A DNA stretch of 64,000 nucleotides from Octopus bimaculoides. Its lineage: Eukaryota. The number at the start of each line of letters is the position of its first letter. Within the stretch, counting starts at the first letter, position 1. Of this stretch, positions 12,844-25,458 are shown piece after piece. The position numbers and the translations under genes are program-made. Location: contig NC_068989.1 of the NCBI RefSeq assembly GCF_001194135.2, positions 38,455,181-38,519,180 on the forward strand, read 5' to 3'. The notes under the pieces were generated by a model. That model searched no databases. It had not been told where the DNA came from and saw only the letters and a list, made by a program, of their open reading frames with translations.

Positions 12844-13531
12844 TATACATATCACTGCTTAGCACTGCTATTTATATATTTGTATATATTTATATATATA
12901 CTGCTATTTATATATATTTTTTACACTACCTAGTGCTTCACTTATTAACAGTTCTATTTCAACTTACATACCCTGCACTTACATATTTTACTTTCCAGAT
13001 CCTTCTACACTGACAGTTTCTCTACATCCTTCCAGTTGATATTTCAGAAAGGTTCACAATTTCTAGCCAAATATTGATATTTTTGTTCCCATGTTTGATT
13101 ATTTTATCTCTGGATGGTATGCCTTGATCTCCTTCACAGTCTGGATAAGTCTGTCCCCAATGATTATGAACAATTTCTTTTCATATACATTGTCAGCTAC
13201 CTATTTATACCATTTACCAGTTGCTCCATCAGAGAACTTACATATTGCCCACAAGATAAAGCTACTGGTTCAGTCATATTTGTGAAGTTACTCAAACTTG
13301 GCAAAAATTGGGTAGTCACAAGTAATATGGTTAGTTATCTCATTGAGCTGGTAGTCTATACTTGTTAGGGTAAAGGCAAGGCATTGGTTCTGTGCTGCTA
13401 AAATTAGATGTTTTGCCTTAGTCTGATTTCCTTTTATTTCATGGTCAATGTACACAGAAATTTTCTATTGTATAGTTACTTCTTTCATATTGGATCTGGA
13501 TTGCTATATTGTTATATTCATACCATGTGTT

Positions 13532-13563
<32 letters not shown>

Positions 13564-13589
13564 AGAGAAATGTTCCAAATTACTTGGAG

Positions 13590-14060
13590 ATTTTCTTGTT
13601 GAAAAATCAACCAGCCATATTGTACTCATATTACCATAAGCTATCAACAACTAGATTTTTTTTTTTCATCTTAGCTATAGAACACATATATATAGAATTT
13701 GCATTTATTTTGACCCTTTGCAACTGGAATGAATCTCACTTTTTATCAAATTTAATCAAATTTCTGATGTTGGACTCAAACTTTGTAATCTTAAACTCTG
13801 AAAAAAAATTACTTTTCTGACCCTTTTCTTTCATGGCTTCAGCTTGATTACCGTCAACTTCATTGATTTGAAGGCATTTGCTTGTAATCTCCTCTTGATT
13901 TCGCTCCTTCATGATTATAATTAAGGAATCCTCATTGCTGAATTTTCCATCTTTTGAAAGTTGCTCTCACATAATTTCCATACCAAATGATATTCTCATA
14001 AAATCACTAAACCTTTCTATAATCTCAGAATTAAATTATTGAGTCAAATTCAATAATTAA
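13590..14060 (-). mobile_element. Possible decayed Tigger/pogo transposase C-terminus
   Basis: The minus-strand translation is acidic and charged (…ERNQEEITSKCLQINEVDGNQAEAMKEK…FESNIRNLIK…) and ends …FFNKK like pogo/Tigger C-termini. It is heavily disrupted. Confidence 0.35.
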
Positions 14061-14182
14061 TTAAGGAGTCAACATCTAAATGCAGAGCTGGTTCACTGAA
14101 GAGCAAATTTCACTGAGAGCCAACAAAATGGATAGAGCTTTTAATAAGTAACCTTGGAAAATATTGCATAAGTATTCTGTAT

Positions 14183-14249
<67 letters not shown>

Positions 14250-15796
14250 GAATAAAATTCTGTTCCACATATTCATGATGATTTGTAAGAATCTTTTGAA
14301 AGCTGAACAAATTTTATAGAATTCAAGAACATCCAAGATTCATGAATTGGTTGGTTTTACATATATTCGCTTGAGATTTTTACTACACAATCAAGTATCT
14401 CTATATTTTTAGGGTGTATGTAAAATCATAATCTACTGACCCAAAAGACAACAGTTCAGGTAGTTTAGCCTGGAGATTTTTGTACCAGGCATTGCCAAAT
14501 GCTTTGTTAATTTCAAATGTAACACAACATTGTTAATGCTTAACATCTCAAAAGCAAGGGAACATTAATGGGCGGTATAGAGAACAACTTTCCAAGTAGA
14601 TCAGACTATGGAATACATACTTGTAGTTACTGTGAGGGAAGAAGAACCAAGAGTGTTGGAAGTGGTTGTTGACAGCTATACACATCCCCTTTCGGATATT
14701 AAATGGGAGCAGTATAGGTCAGTAGTTAGCAGTATTGGAAAGGTTGCTCTTCTTGGGGGATGGCATATATTTTAAAGATTAGGATAGCTTCTTGTAAAGA
14801 GAACAAGGTCGATAGTTTAGGCAGGTATAAAGGATAATTCTAGGTATATATTTTGATACCAAATATATAATAAAGGTAACATTGTCAAGGCTGATAACTT
14901 TGTTGATTTGAAGTAAACTGTTGTGTTTTCACATTTGGTTTATATGTAAAATGTTGGAGAAAATTAGTGGATTGATAAAGGAAAATGTTACTGAGTGTTG
15001 TTGGGTAATGAGCAGTATGAAACTGGATATTAATTTGACACCAAATATAGAAGCATACTGATTGTGGAGCTATCAGAGTTGATGTGTATTAGTTGGGTTG
15101 AAAATTCCAAAACATCAGTAAAAATGGGCTTGGCAAGGAACCAAAAATACATAGTTGTGAGTGAAAGCCATTCTATTTGTATGGATGTGGGCTTTTCTCT
15201 AGATGTAGAGCTTTTGTAGTACTTTTACCTATAAGAAATATGGAGGTTTTTGAAGTGTGAGATTCTGTAATGTGTGGGATGTAACAAGGCATACATAAAA
15301 GGATGGTTTCAGTCATTTTGGAAGATTCAACAGTAGAGCCTATTTGCTGGCACAATTAGCATAAAGATATGGGAGCTCCATCTAGTGAGATGACATGAAG
15401 AACCATTGGTTGAGTAATGTAATGTTGATTACACCACTGATAGGTTATGGTTGGTCGTGATTAGGACATAGTTTGAAGGTTTGATAAGTGCAGGAATGGT
15501 GAATTCATAGCAATAAACTGGTGTGCAGTTTTGGCAATGCTATCTGGGTTGTTTTTATATATCGTCAAAGCATTATCCTAACTGTAGAATCAGAACTCAA
15601 TTGTCAGTCTCAGTTGAGCTTTGTAGTGAATCAACAAGTGTTGGGAGCTGAATTATTTTGAGACTTTGAACTTTGAAGAAGATAATGTTTAGGATTATAT
15701 ATATATATATATACACAATTAAACCTTGGGAGAGGCATTATGCCGGTAATAAACACACGCACTGGTTCAGTCCTTTATTAATTTATGTAGTTTTTT

Positions 15797-15837
15797 GTTA
15801 AATTATTTCATTGCACTCTTGCAATCTCTTCAGTAAC
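15797..15837 (-). ncRNA. Minimal type I hammerhead ribozyme motif (Penelope pLTR-like)
   Basis: The minus strand reads GUUA-CUGAAGA-G-AUUGCA(AGAG)UGCAAU-GAA-AUAAU-U-UAAC. Stem I is 4 bp, the core boxes are intact, stem II is 6 bp, and stem III is a quasi-palindrome. Confidence 0.6.
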
Positions 15838-16212
15838 TTGCTATGAATTCACCATTCCTGCACTTATCAAACCTTCAAACTATGTCCTAATCACGACCAA
15901 CCATAACCTATCAGTGGTGTAATCAACATTACATTACTCTACCAATGGTNNNNNNNNNNNNNNNNNNNNNNNNNNNNNNNNNNNNNNNNNNNNNNNNNNN
16001 NNNNNNNNNNNNNNNNNNNNNNNNNNNNNNNNNNNNNNNNNNNNNNNNNNNNNNNNNNNNNNNNNNNNNNNNNNNNNNNNNNNNTCCAAAATGACTGAAA
16101 CCATCCTTTTATGTATGCCTTGTTACATCCCACACATTACAGAATCTCACACTTCAAAAACCTCCATATTTCTTATAGGTAAAAGTACTACAAAATGGAA
16201 GTGGAGAGACAA

Positions 16213-16253
16213 GTTACTGAAGAGATTGCAAGAGTGCAATGAAATAATTTAGC
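16213..16253 (+). ncRNA. Minimal type I hammerhead ribozyme motif (second copy, inverted)
   Basis: GTTA CTGAAGA G ATTGCA AGAG TGCAAT GAA ATAAT T TAGC. The A>G difference from the other copy leaves a G-U pair in stem I. Confidence 0.6.
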
Positions 16254-18451
16254 AAAAAACTATATAAATTAATAAAGGACTGAACCAGTGCGTGTGTTTA
16301 TTACCGGCATAATGCCTCTCCCAAGGTTTAATTGTATTTCTTTCAACACACGTATCCACATCAAGAATCTTGCACACGAAATACACATACGAAATATATA
16401 TATATATATATAGTGATTGCATCTTTTGAGGTACCTGTTTATGAAGACAGGGCAACTTTGGTATGAGGTGTCTAGGCTGATTCATGTGTGAAAAGTTAGT
16501 GAGGAGAGAAGTATAATGTTGCCTATGCGGGTGTGAGTTTTGTTGGAAGAGATTGAGAGCAGTTTGTTATTATACACATAGTAGTGTGTTGTGGAGGCAC
16601 AATCAAATATCGATAGTGTAAGTCAGGGAGAACTGCATTAGCATATACTGCAATATATGAGAAAGTTTTTGGTCCAAGAATGAGAGACAGATGGAACTCT
16701 GTCTAAGCATGCAAATTAGGAAAAAGATTTTGGTAACAGACATAACCAAATGCTTTTGCTGATGTCAAGCACAATAACGCTATTTAGTTAGATAAAGGAT
16801 GTGGGGTGAGATTCTTAAGAAGATGACTTTAGTAACTCGTTCAGCTGTTTTTTTTATAGGAGCAGTGAAGTACATGTGTTAACAAAAATAATTAGTACAT
16901 AGCATATGAATGCTTGGTGAGTAGCTGTGATTAGACAGTGGACAAGGGATACAATAGTTATAAAGGTGGGGATGGATTAGGATTGAGATTAGAAAGAGAT
17001 CAGGGGTGTGGAGGGATCAGAAATATGTGTAGAGAGGTTATAACTGTACTAAGCTGAGACTAATGAAAGATTAAACTTCTATACCAATGCTGTTGGTATG
17101 GGATGAGTGTGAGAGCTAGAAGGTGTCATGACTACTAAAGTTGCCTATGATGATGACTTCTAAGAGGAATGAAGTAGGGTAGATATCCTTGATGCAAGTT
17201 AAGAGATAGTCAGACAATCGTTGGTGGGTGGAGCTATTAATAGTGCAGTTGAGGTATCCAATATATTTAGAGGAGTAAGGAAAGAAGATATTGAACTATC
17301 TATTTTTTCCTTAAAAGTCATAACAATGGAAGTGAAATATAATGACTATATTTTGGTATGAAATCCCTAGCTTGGACTTGATTTTCTAGATTACTTTCTA
17401 CTTTTGGCAATTATCCTCCCTCCTCAAAACAAATTCTCCAACTCTACTCTTTCTTAATAACTCACAAATTTCTAATATCTAACTAAATATGTTGCTTTAT
17501 AACTATAAAATGATCAACTAAAAATAAAATATAATAAATGAGAAAGATATTAAAATTTACTAAAGAGTGGAACTTGAAAATATCAATAATATCATAGAAC
17601 TGGCAGAGTCTGATGTGAGTCATTGGAAAATTGCCTTGAAATAACACCAACTTGCTCGTTTGTGGTTGTGTTGAGCATGGCTGCAGTTCTTCTATAAAAA
17701 GAATATATATTATATCAATGATTGGTTGGAATTGTAAAAGTAAAATATATAGACAAATGGATGTACTAATTGTCATGATATATTGCCATATTATTAAAGT
17801 TTCATATTTTTAGTCACAACTGATGATTTATGTTTTTCTTTTTTTAAGAATTTATTGGAAAGTTTTGAATGGTAGTGGTGGAGATAGCTGGATATATTTA
17901 GCTAGTTATTTGATTTTAAACTGCACAAATATATATATATATGTCCTAACACATGTTATAGGATGAAAATTGGGTTACTCCAGTTCCATGATTGTTGTTA
18001 ATTACCAGCCAAGTAATTTTAGTATTGTTTTTGTTCATTTGCTATAATTTTTAGACTTGGTTAATAATTACTCAAAGGGAGTGTTGTTGTTGCTGTTATA
18101 TGTTATCAGTTGCAGTTTCATTGGGACAAGGCTTAGTGTTTTGACATTTTCCATTGCTTGGTTCTATAACAATGAGAGCAGTAAAGGAAATTTACAGTAT
18201 CGAATATTAACCCAGCCAAGAACCTCATGTGAGTCACACCCAACTATTGATACTCATCAGCAAGTCTGAAATTTTACATTATTTTAATGTGGCATGACAA
18301 TGTGTGTGTGTATGTGTGTGTGCGTGTGTGCCTGCATGTGCGTGTGTGTGTGTGCTTTTATTTTTATAAATTCTTTCACTTATTGAGAATGAGCTAGTTT
18401 TTAACGCATAAGAAACCCTGTTTTATTGGGAGGTACATGTCAGTTATAGCC

Positions 18452-18488
<37 letters not shown>

Positions 18489-18697
18489 TGTGTGCAACCA
18501 TGCATGTAATTTTATGTGTTCTGATTTATGTGGAATGTTTTACAAATTTTCACAGTTCCGTTTATAGTTTATTATTGTAGTTCCTTAATTAGCCATACCA
18601 TTTTTGATTTTATGAAGCTCAGCATTTCAAAACTGATAAAGGCAATTAGTTGCATAATGAAGTGCCCAAATAATTGCTGGTACAGATTTATCACTTA

Positions 18698-18905
18698 TGA
18701 GGGGTGCTGAAAAGTACCTGGCTTTGGATAAAAGAAAATACAGGAGAATCAGTTAATCATGATTTTATTCAACATATTCCTCTCTCAGATTCACACACTT
18801 ATTGCAGTGGTCCTTCAGTTTTTCTATTCCCTGCAAAAGAACTTGGAAGGCTGGGCTTCCAACCAGGCATTTTGTGATACCCTTTAAGCAGAAACTTTTT
18901 GGCAC
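18698..18905 (-). mobile_element. 3' end of a mariner (irritans/Himar-like) transposon with TIR
   Basis: TA|tgaggggtgctgaaaagtacctggctt is TIR-like. The minus strand encodes …AWLEAQPSKFF…, a decayed mariner C-terminus. Confidence 0.65.
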
Positions 18906-19855
18906 CCTCTTATATACTCAGCATTATATTAATATCGACAGAACAACTCATTTTTCCTACTGTGTACATTTCCTTTTTACTAACCCATAGCATTGTGTCA
19001 GGTCCGTTAATTCACATTTGAAAGGAGTTTTGGTAGGAACATTCCAAACTTATTCTTTCATATTATGACTGAGAGTGTCATCATCAACATCATTTAGACT
19101 TCTGTTCTTCTGATGTTTACTCCTACATTGTATTGTTCAGTGTTTTAAGCTACAACATCATACCTCATAGGTCAGCAGTATTGCAGTCACATTCTCAGAC
19201 AGCTACCAAGGACGTTGGTTATGTCTTACATGTCAATTTCACAAAAATTGTATCAGTTGCCTCATTTCCATGCATTACCTGGATTCTTGTACTTTTTATG
19301 CATCGACTGTTTATTGCTGTTTCTAGTTACTGGATTGCAAGCACATGAAATACACTTGCATTATGGGAATGAAAATTAATATAACAGAAACAGATATTGG
19401 TCCAAAATAGTCTGCTTTGGTTATCCACTGTACTGTCGCTTTGAGGTTCTCTGATATGTTCAGTTGAAAGGTAAAATGCTTTTCAGATGATGTTCAATTG
19501 AGGTAGAGCTGTTTGACCTCCTTAGTTGTATATTTCAGATCATCACAATTGTCATGGAATAACCAATACTGTTACAATTTTTTTTTGTATTCTTCCATAT
19601 TATATATAAGGGTAAGATCCAAAGATCCAAGTGTAAGAAGTTTGTAAGCTCCAAGCAGTCAGTGACAAGTATAGAAAACAAAAAGTGAACTATGTGTGTT
19701 CAGGAACAATAACAATTTATTGGCAACAAAAGTTACAGACTTTTTCCCATATTGAAGATAGGAGGAAATTTGATAAGCTGAAAATTTCTGTATAGCTCAT
19801 AGTTAGCAACTAGAGTTATTATGAACGTGAATAAAAATCCAAGTTGATGGAGTGG

Positions 19856-20084
19856 AACAAGTAAAATCCAGGCTACATATGTTCCCTAGCTTGCAGATCC
19901 TCTCATGTAATAATTACTCAACAAAAGAGTACTCAGCTTGCTACTCAACAAGGCTGAGGGTACATTAATTATATGAAGGTATCCTCAACCTGATGAGCAG
20001 CTAACAGAGTACCCTTCATTGAGTAATAAATATATCAGAGGATCTGGTGGGTAGGAAACATATGTAGCCTGGATTTTACCTGTT
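19856..20084. mobile_element. Palindromic MITE/foldback element (two ~108-bp arms, ~13-nt loop)
   Basis: aacaagtaaaatccaggctacatatgttccctagc…gctgagggtac pairs with gtatcctcaacc…gtaggaaacatatgtagcctggattttacctgtt along the whole length, with scattered mismatches. Confidence 0.85.
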
Positions 20085-21344
20085 ATATTCCCTCAGTTTG
20101 GATACATATATAAATATATCTATATATCTATATATATATATAAAATATTCCTTGAATACTATATGGACTGAGATCCCCATCAAAAAATTATAGATATATC
20201 ATTGTAGTTATTCAGTTATGTTCTAATTTCGTTGGTACTTTGGCAGAGTGGTTAGCATAGCTATTAAGTTTACAACAGGCACAACATTGGAATACCACAG
20301 CCAGTATTACAAGTTTTCTCTTCCTTCTAACATAGACATTAATAAACTTTCATATTTTTGATCACAACTGATGTTTTCTTTCTCTTTTAATTATTTGAAT
20401 TCTTTCCAGAAGTTGGTTTCTAACAAATAAAACTTGAATTTGAGTATCTAAAATTATAAGCATTTTATGTTGAACTTTAGAAACCATTTGCATATTTTTT
20501 TTACTGTTTTACTAAGTATAAGTGGATGTATGTAATGCATGGATATGAGTTTGTGGGAGCTTGTATATCTATTTGTGTAAATGTAGTCTTGTGTGTGTAT
20601 GTCATTGTGTGAATGCATGTTTATGTGTATGAATGGACGTGCATGAGTTTTTGAGACATTATGTTTGTATGTGCATGTGTGCTTATGTACATATGTGTGT
20701 CTGTATGTATGTACTTGCATGTGTGTGTGTGTTTGTCATTGTGAATTTGTGTGAAATTGAATATGTATGTGTGTGTTGAACTGAAAATTGTTTAACCAGT
20801 TCAATCTTATTACATGACATTTTTGGTATCTTTTACCATATTTTCAGGTTCATCCAAGCCTTGTGATAGAAATTCTGTTAAAACCCATCAGAGGATTGTC
20901 TGTGAAATACTCAGTCATTTACATAGTAATTTAATAAGTAGGTTGTCCAGGTGATTGAACACTTCGATGTTCATCATTGAAACATGAGAGAGTCTATTAT
21001 AATTGACATTCATGTGCATACGTGTACATATGTATATGTATGTGTGTATTAGCATCTTCGTTATTGCCTCAATATGTGTATGAATATCTGTATATGTGAA
21101 CATTTGTGTGGGATTGTAGGTACATTGTGTGTGTGTGTGTGTCCAACATTTATACTAGGCAGTTTTCTTTCATTTTACTGTTCTTCTCATTGTATATTGT
21201 ATATCATATCTTTTAGTATTATTTCTCTTTGAGACATACATGATTATTATTTGTTTACTAAGTTCTAAAGTATTTATATATATTTATATTAAACATTAAT
21301 TTATAAAATATTAAGAATCATGTTTCTCCTTTTGTTGTTGTTGT

Positions 21345-21560
21345 TTAAGGTGATAAGCTGACTGAATCATTAGCATGCTGGGTGAAATGCTTAGTGGTAT
21401 TTCATCTGTCTTCGTGTTCTGAGTTCAAATTCTGCCTTGATCGACTTTGCCTTTCATCGTTTTAGGATCAAAACCTTAAGTATCAGTCGAATACTGGTGT
21501 TAATGTAATTGACTTACCTCTTCCCAAAAATTGCTGGCCATATGCCAAAAGTTAAGATCA
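21345..21560 (+). mobile_element. Family B SINE
   Basis: aaggtgataagctgactgaatcattagcatgctgggtgaaatgcttagtggtatttc…ttctgagttcaaattctgcc…gactttgcc. Confidence 0.85.
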
Positions 21561-21869
21561 TTATTATTGTTACTGTTGCTTTTCTTATGAAAGAGTACCC
21601 CAGTTATGAGTTATGGTTGAAAGCCTTACCTTATTTAGTTATGTTCCCCCAGGAGTTCATTTTTCCCAGTATGGAAAACATAAATACAAAAAAAAAAGTT
21701 CTTCCGTTTTTTTGCTGGCTCCATTCATTACTTATACTTTCTGTATATAAGAAGTTTGTTTCATATTTCATCATTTTCATAACAAATAAAAAGGCAAAGT
21801 GGTGGGATAACTCAGTCAGACACATACTGCTCTAATGTTCAAATGTACAGTTTTCACACTACTTGTATA

Positions 21870-22020
21870 TGGCTGTGTGATTGAAATTTGCTTCCTAGTC
21901 ACTTGGTTCTGGGCTCAGTCTCACTGTGTGGCATCTTGGACATGTGACTTCTACTATTTCCTCAGGTTGTCCAAAGCATTGGGAGTGGATTTGGTAGATA
22001 GAAACTGAAAGAAGGGTGTC

Positions 22021-22061
<41 letters not shown>

Positions 22062-22312
22062 GCACATATATATATATATATATGAATGTGTGTGTGTGTG
22101 TGTGCTTGTTCCATACCTCCACTTGCAATTGGTGTTGGTTTGTTTATGCTCCTTTAACTTAATAGTTTAGGAAAAGAAACTGACAGAATAAGTACCAGGC
22201 TTTACAAAAAGTAAGTACTGGGGTTGATTTGTTTGACTAAAATTCTTCAAGGTGGTAACCTGTATGGTAGCAGTCTAATGACTGAAACAAGCAGAATATA
22301 AAAGATGAAAGA
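21870..22312 (+). mobile_element. Full-length family A SINE with internal (CA)n/(TA)n/(TG)n microsatellite
   Basis: Head ggctgtgtga…gggctcagtctcactgtgtggcatcttggac; middle gagtggatttggtagatagaaactgaaagaag; tail gaataagtaccaggc…ggggttgatttgtttgactaa…gactgaaacaag. Confidence 0.85.
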
Positions 22313-22322
22313 TACATTTATA

Positions 22323-22800
22323 TCATCATCATCATCATTTAATGTCCATTGTCCATGCTGGCATGGGTTGATCATTTGACCAGAGGTAGCAAGCTGTGGA
22401 GCTCTGATTTGGCATGGTTTCTATAGCTGGATGCCTTTTCTGATACCAACCACTTTACAGAGTGTGCTGAGTGCTTTTATGTGACACTGCGCGGGTGATT
22501 TTATGTTGTGCTACATGGGCAGGGTATCTAGCCATAGAAATCAGACTGGAGTCTGGTGTAGCCTTCCAGCTTACCAGCTCCTGTCAAGCCTTCCAACCCA
22601 TGCCAGTATGGACAACAGACGTTAAATGGTGATGATGATGATGACTGGCACTTTTATGTGGTGCTGCACAGTTGCTTTTACATGGCACTGCATGAGCGTT
22701 TTTTATGTGCTACAGGTCCAGGTCTCTTGCAGATCAATCCTCACCACCAGGGAGACTGAGCTTGGGAGGAGGGCTAATCTTGAAGGCCAGGAGAAACAGA
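22323..22800 (-). mobile_element. RTE 3'-UTR copy (-) with a second, antisense copy (+, 22515-22645) inserted in it
   Basis: It starts catcatcatttaatgtcc… The plus copy ends cccatgccagtatggacaacagacgttaaatggtgatgatg, after which the minus copy's tgcttttatgtggcac repeats resume. Confidence 0.75.
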
Positions 22801-23144
22801 CAGGCTGTAATTTAGCTCTCATTCTCAACTGGCCTACAGAAGGCTGTTATGGTTGAAGGTCAAAATAGCCTATGAATGTTGGTCACTCTCCAATTAATTC
22901 AACTTCCCTTGGTTACAACTTCATTCACCAAAGAAGAAAGCACCTGCTTATAAAAGTTATCATTCTTGTATATATGACAGACCACCACACAATTTTCCTC
23001 TACCAATTTTCATTCATAAAGCATAAGTTAACCTAAGGTTATGACAAAAGATACTTTCCCAAAATGTCAATACAATCGGCTCAAACCTTGACCCACATGA
23101 CAGCAAAAGAATCTTCTTAACCAGACAGCTATGCTTATACTCAT

Positions 23145-23557
23145 CTTTTACCCACTTCAGTTATTAGACTGTGGTCATGCTGGAGAACCACCTTGAAGAA
23201 CTTTTTAGTTGAATGAATCAACCCCAGAACTTTTCTTTTTTTAAAATCCTGGTACTCATTCTATCAGTCTCTTTTTGTCAAATTGGTAAATTATGAGGAT
23301 GTAAACACACCAACACCAGTTGTCAAATGGTGGTGGGGTTCAAACATTGAGACACAGACACAAACACACACATAGCTATATACAGATATATATATCCCAG
23401 GCTTCTTTCAGTTTCCATCTACCAAATCCACTCACAAGGCTTTAGTTGGCTTGAAGTTGCAGTAAAAGACACTTATTCAAGGTGCCATGCAGTGGGGATG
23501 AACCTGGAACCATGTGGCTGTGAAGTAAGCTTCTTACCATACAGCCAAACCTGCACT
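23145..23557 (-). mobile_element. Full-length family A SINE; degenerate partial copy at ~22920-23140 (-)
   Basis: Reverse complement of the 21870-22312 element (ttctttcagtttccatctaccaaatccactcacaaggc…ttcttaccatacagcc). Confidence 0.85.
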
Positions 23558-24289
23558 TATGTTTATTCAGTCAACCAACCACAATCCTTCCTATCATTTT
23601 GCTGTTGTACTGTTGTAAGACATTCTTACTCTTTCTCATGAAGTTATTAAATCTCACATTTAGAGAATAGGTATCATTAGTTAAATAGAAACTACTGCTT
23701 GACTAATACTTATTTAACTGACCCTTAAGGACTGGATGGGCAAATCATACTTGGCAGTATTTCATAAACCCATAAATGAGTGCCATACAGCATACATAAG
23801 CTTCTTCTAGACTTACTCTATCTCTTTTTTTAACCTTTTTTTTTTACCATCCTTTGCTATATTCCACTGTCTACTCACCTGATTGACTGTCTTACCAGCA
23901 TTCTTTGCTGGCTGAGTGCACTTTGTTTTCTTCCTCTTTCATGTCCACTCCGTCAATCTACAACTTATCTATATATTTATTTATTCCACTTCTCTTTATA
24001 ACACCTTCTTCATCTCACTTCTACCTTTCGCAGAACAGCTGTTGTCCTTTCATCCTTCAAAATACTCTTCTGTGATTTAGACACCTGAAAGAAGGTTGTT
24101 AATTTCACTTGATTGTTTATTTTAAGGTCTTGTGTGCATGTATTTTGTGCATATTTATTTACATATGTATGTCGGTATGTATATTTGTGAATGTAAGACC
24201 ATGTGAGACCATCTGCCAACTCTTCCCTTCATCCATTACTCCATTTCTACAGCATGACAGAAACTAATGAACAAAAAGCAGTCACTAGG

Positions 24290-24651
24290 CTCTCTCTCTC
24301 TTTATCATGGCACTCTGTTGGTTACGACGATGAGAGTTCCAGTTGATCTGATCAACAGAACAGCCTGCTTGTGAAATTAATGTGCATGTGGCTGAGCACT
24401 TCACAGACACATATGCCCTTAAAGTAGTTCTTGGGGAGAAACAGCGTGACACAGTGTGACAAGGTTGGCTCTTTGAAATACAGGCACAACAGAAACAAGA
24501 AGTAAGACTGAGAGAAAGTTGTGGTGAAAGAATACAGCAGAGTTTGCCACTGCCCCCTGTCAGAGCCTCGTGGAGCTTTAGGTGTTTTCGCTCAACAAAC
24601 ACTCACAGTGCCTGGTCTGGGAATCGACATCGTGATCCTACAACCACAAGT
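24290..24651 (-). mobile_element. tRNA-derived SINE, family E variant 1 (head truncated by N-gap)
   Basis: The minus strand reads gattcccagaccaggc…tgagcgaaaacacctaaagctccacgaggctc…ctttcaccacaactttctctc…tcttgtttct, the same head and body as 63526-63720, followed by a distinct 3' tail. Confidence 0.85.
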
Positions 24652-25458
24652 NNNNNNNNNNNNNNNNNNNNNNNNNNNNNNNNNNNNNNNNNNNNNNNNN
24701 NNNNNNNNNNNNNNNNNNNNNNNNNNNNNNNNNNNNNNNNNNNNNNNNNNNNNNNNNNNNNNNNNNNNNNNNNNNNNNNNNNNNNNNNNNNNNNNNNNNN
24801 NNNNNNNNNNNNNNNNNNNNNNNNNNNNNNNNNNNNNNNNNNNNNNNNNNNNNNNNNNNNNNNNNNNNNNNNNNNNNNNNNNNNNNNNNNNNNNNNNNNN
24901 NNNNNNNNNNNNNNNNNNNNNNNNNNNNNNNNNNNNNNNNNNNNNNNNNNNNNNNNNNNNNNNNNNNNNNNNNNNNNNNNNNNNNNNNNNNNNNNNNNNN
25001 NNNNNNNNNNNNNNNNNNNNNNNNNNNNNNNNNNNNNNNNNNNNNNNNNNNNNNNNNNNNNNNNNNNNNNNNNNNNNNNNNNNNNNNNNNNNNNNNNNNN
25101 NNNNNNNNNNNNNNNNNNNNNNNNNNNNNNNNNNNNNNNNNNNNNNNNNNNNNNNNNNNNNNNNNNNNNNNNNNNNNNNNNNNNNNNNNNNNNNNNNNNN
25201 NNNNNNNNNNNNNNNNNNNNNNNNNNNNNNNNNNNNNNNNNNNNNNNNNNNNNNNNNNNNNNNNNNNNNNNNNNNNNNNNNNNNNNNNNNNNNNNNNNNN
25301 NNNNNNNNNNNNNNNNNNNNNNNNNNNNNNNNNNNNNNNNNNNNNNNNNNNNNNNNNNNNNNNNNNNNNNNNNNNNNNNNNNNNNNNNNNNNNNNNNNNN
25401 NNNNNNNNNNNNNNNNNNNNNNNNNNNNNNNNNNNNNNNNNNNNNNNNNNNNNNNNNA

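Larger units (their letters stand above)
15714..16395. mobile_element. Putative Penelope-like terminal-repeat fragments in inverted orientation (15714-15840 minus; 16196-16395 plus), between (TA)n tracts
   Basis: A ~125-bp inverted repeat with 2 mismatches that contains the hammerhead motif, AATAAA and a GGCATAATGCC hairpin. No PLE ORF is visible, and the interior contains an N-gap. Confidence 0.45.
14400..17290 (-). mobile_element. Decayed CR1/L2-type LINE (APE endonuclease ~16480-17290; RT N-terminal region ~14400-15700), interrupted at ~15700-16410
   Basis: Minus-strand remnants are EVIIIGNFSSH...SHTNSIG and DLFLIS (APE motifs), and YPKGD and VTFEINKAFGNAWYKNLQAKLP (RT motif LDISKAFD.VWH..L..KLP). 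There are many stops. Confidence 0.65.

Noticed and set aside
14400-15700. Penelope GIY-YIG/RT ORF next to the hammerheads
   Set aside because: The recognisable motifs (KAF..W…KLP, PKGD) fit a CR1/L2-type RT continuous with the APE remnant at 16.5-17.3 kb, not a PLE.
15838-16195. Inverted duplicate of 15214-15512 (two ~110-bp pieces either side of an N-gap)
   Set aside because: The pieces are read-length, essentially identical (0-1 mismatch) to an old decayed LINE segment, and abut a gap. This is most likely a gap-filling artefact and needs long reads.
19030-19560. Possible piggyBac transposase remnant
   Set aside because: No motif could be aligned convincingly in any frame.
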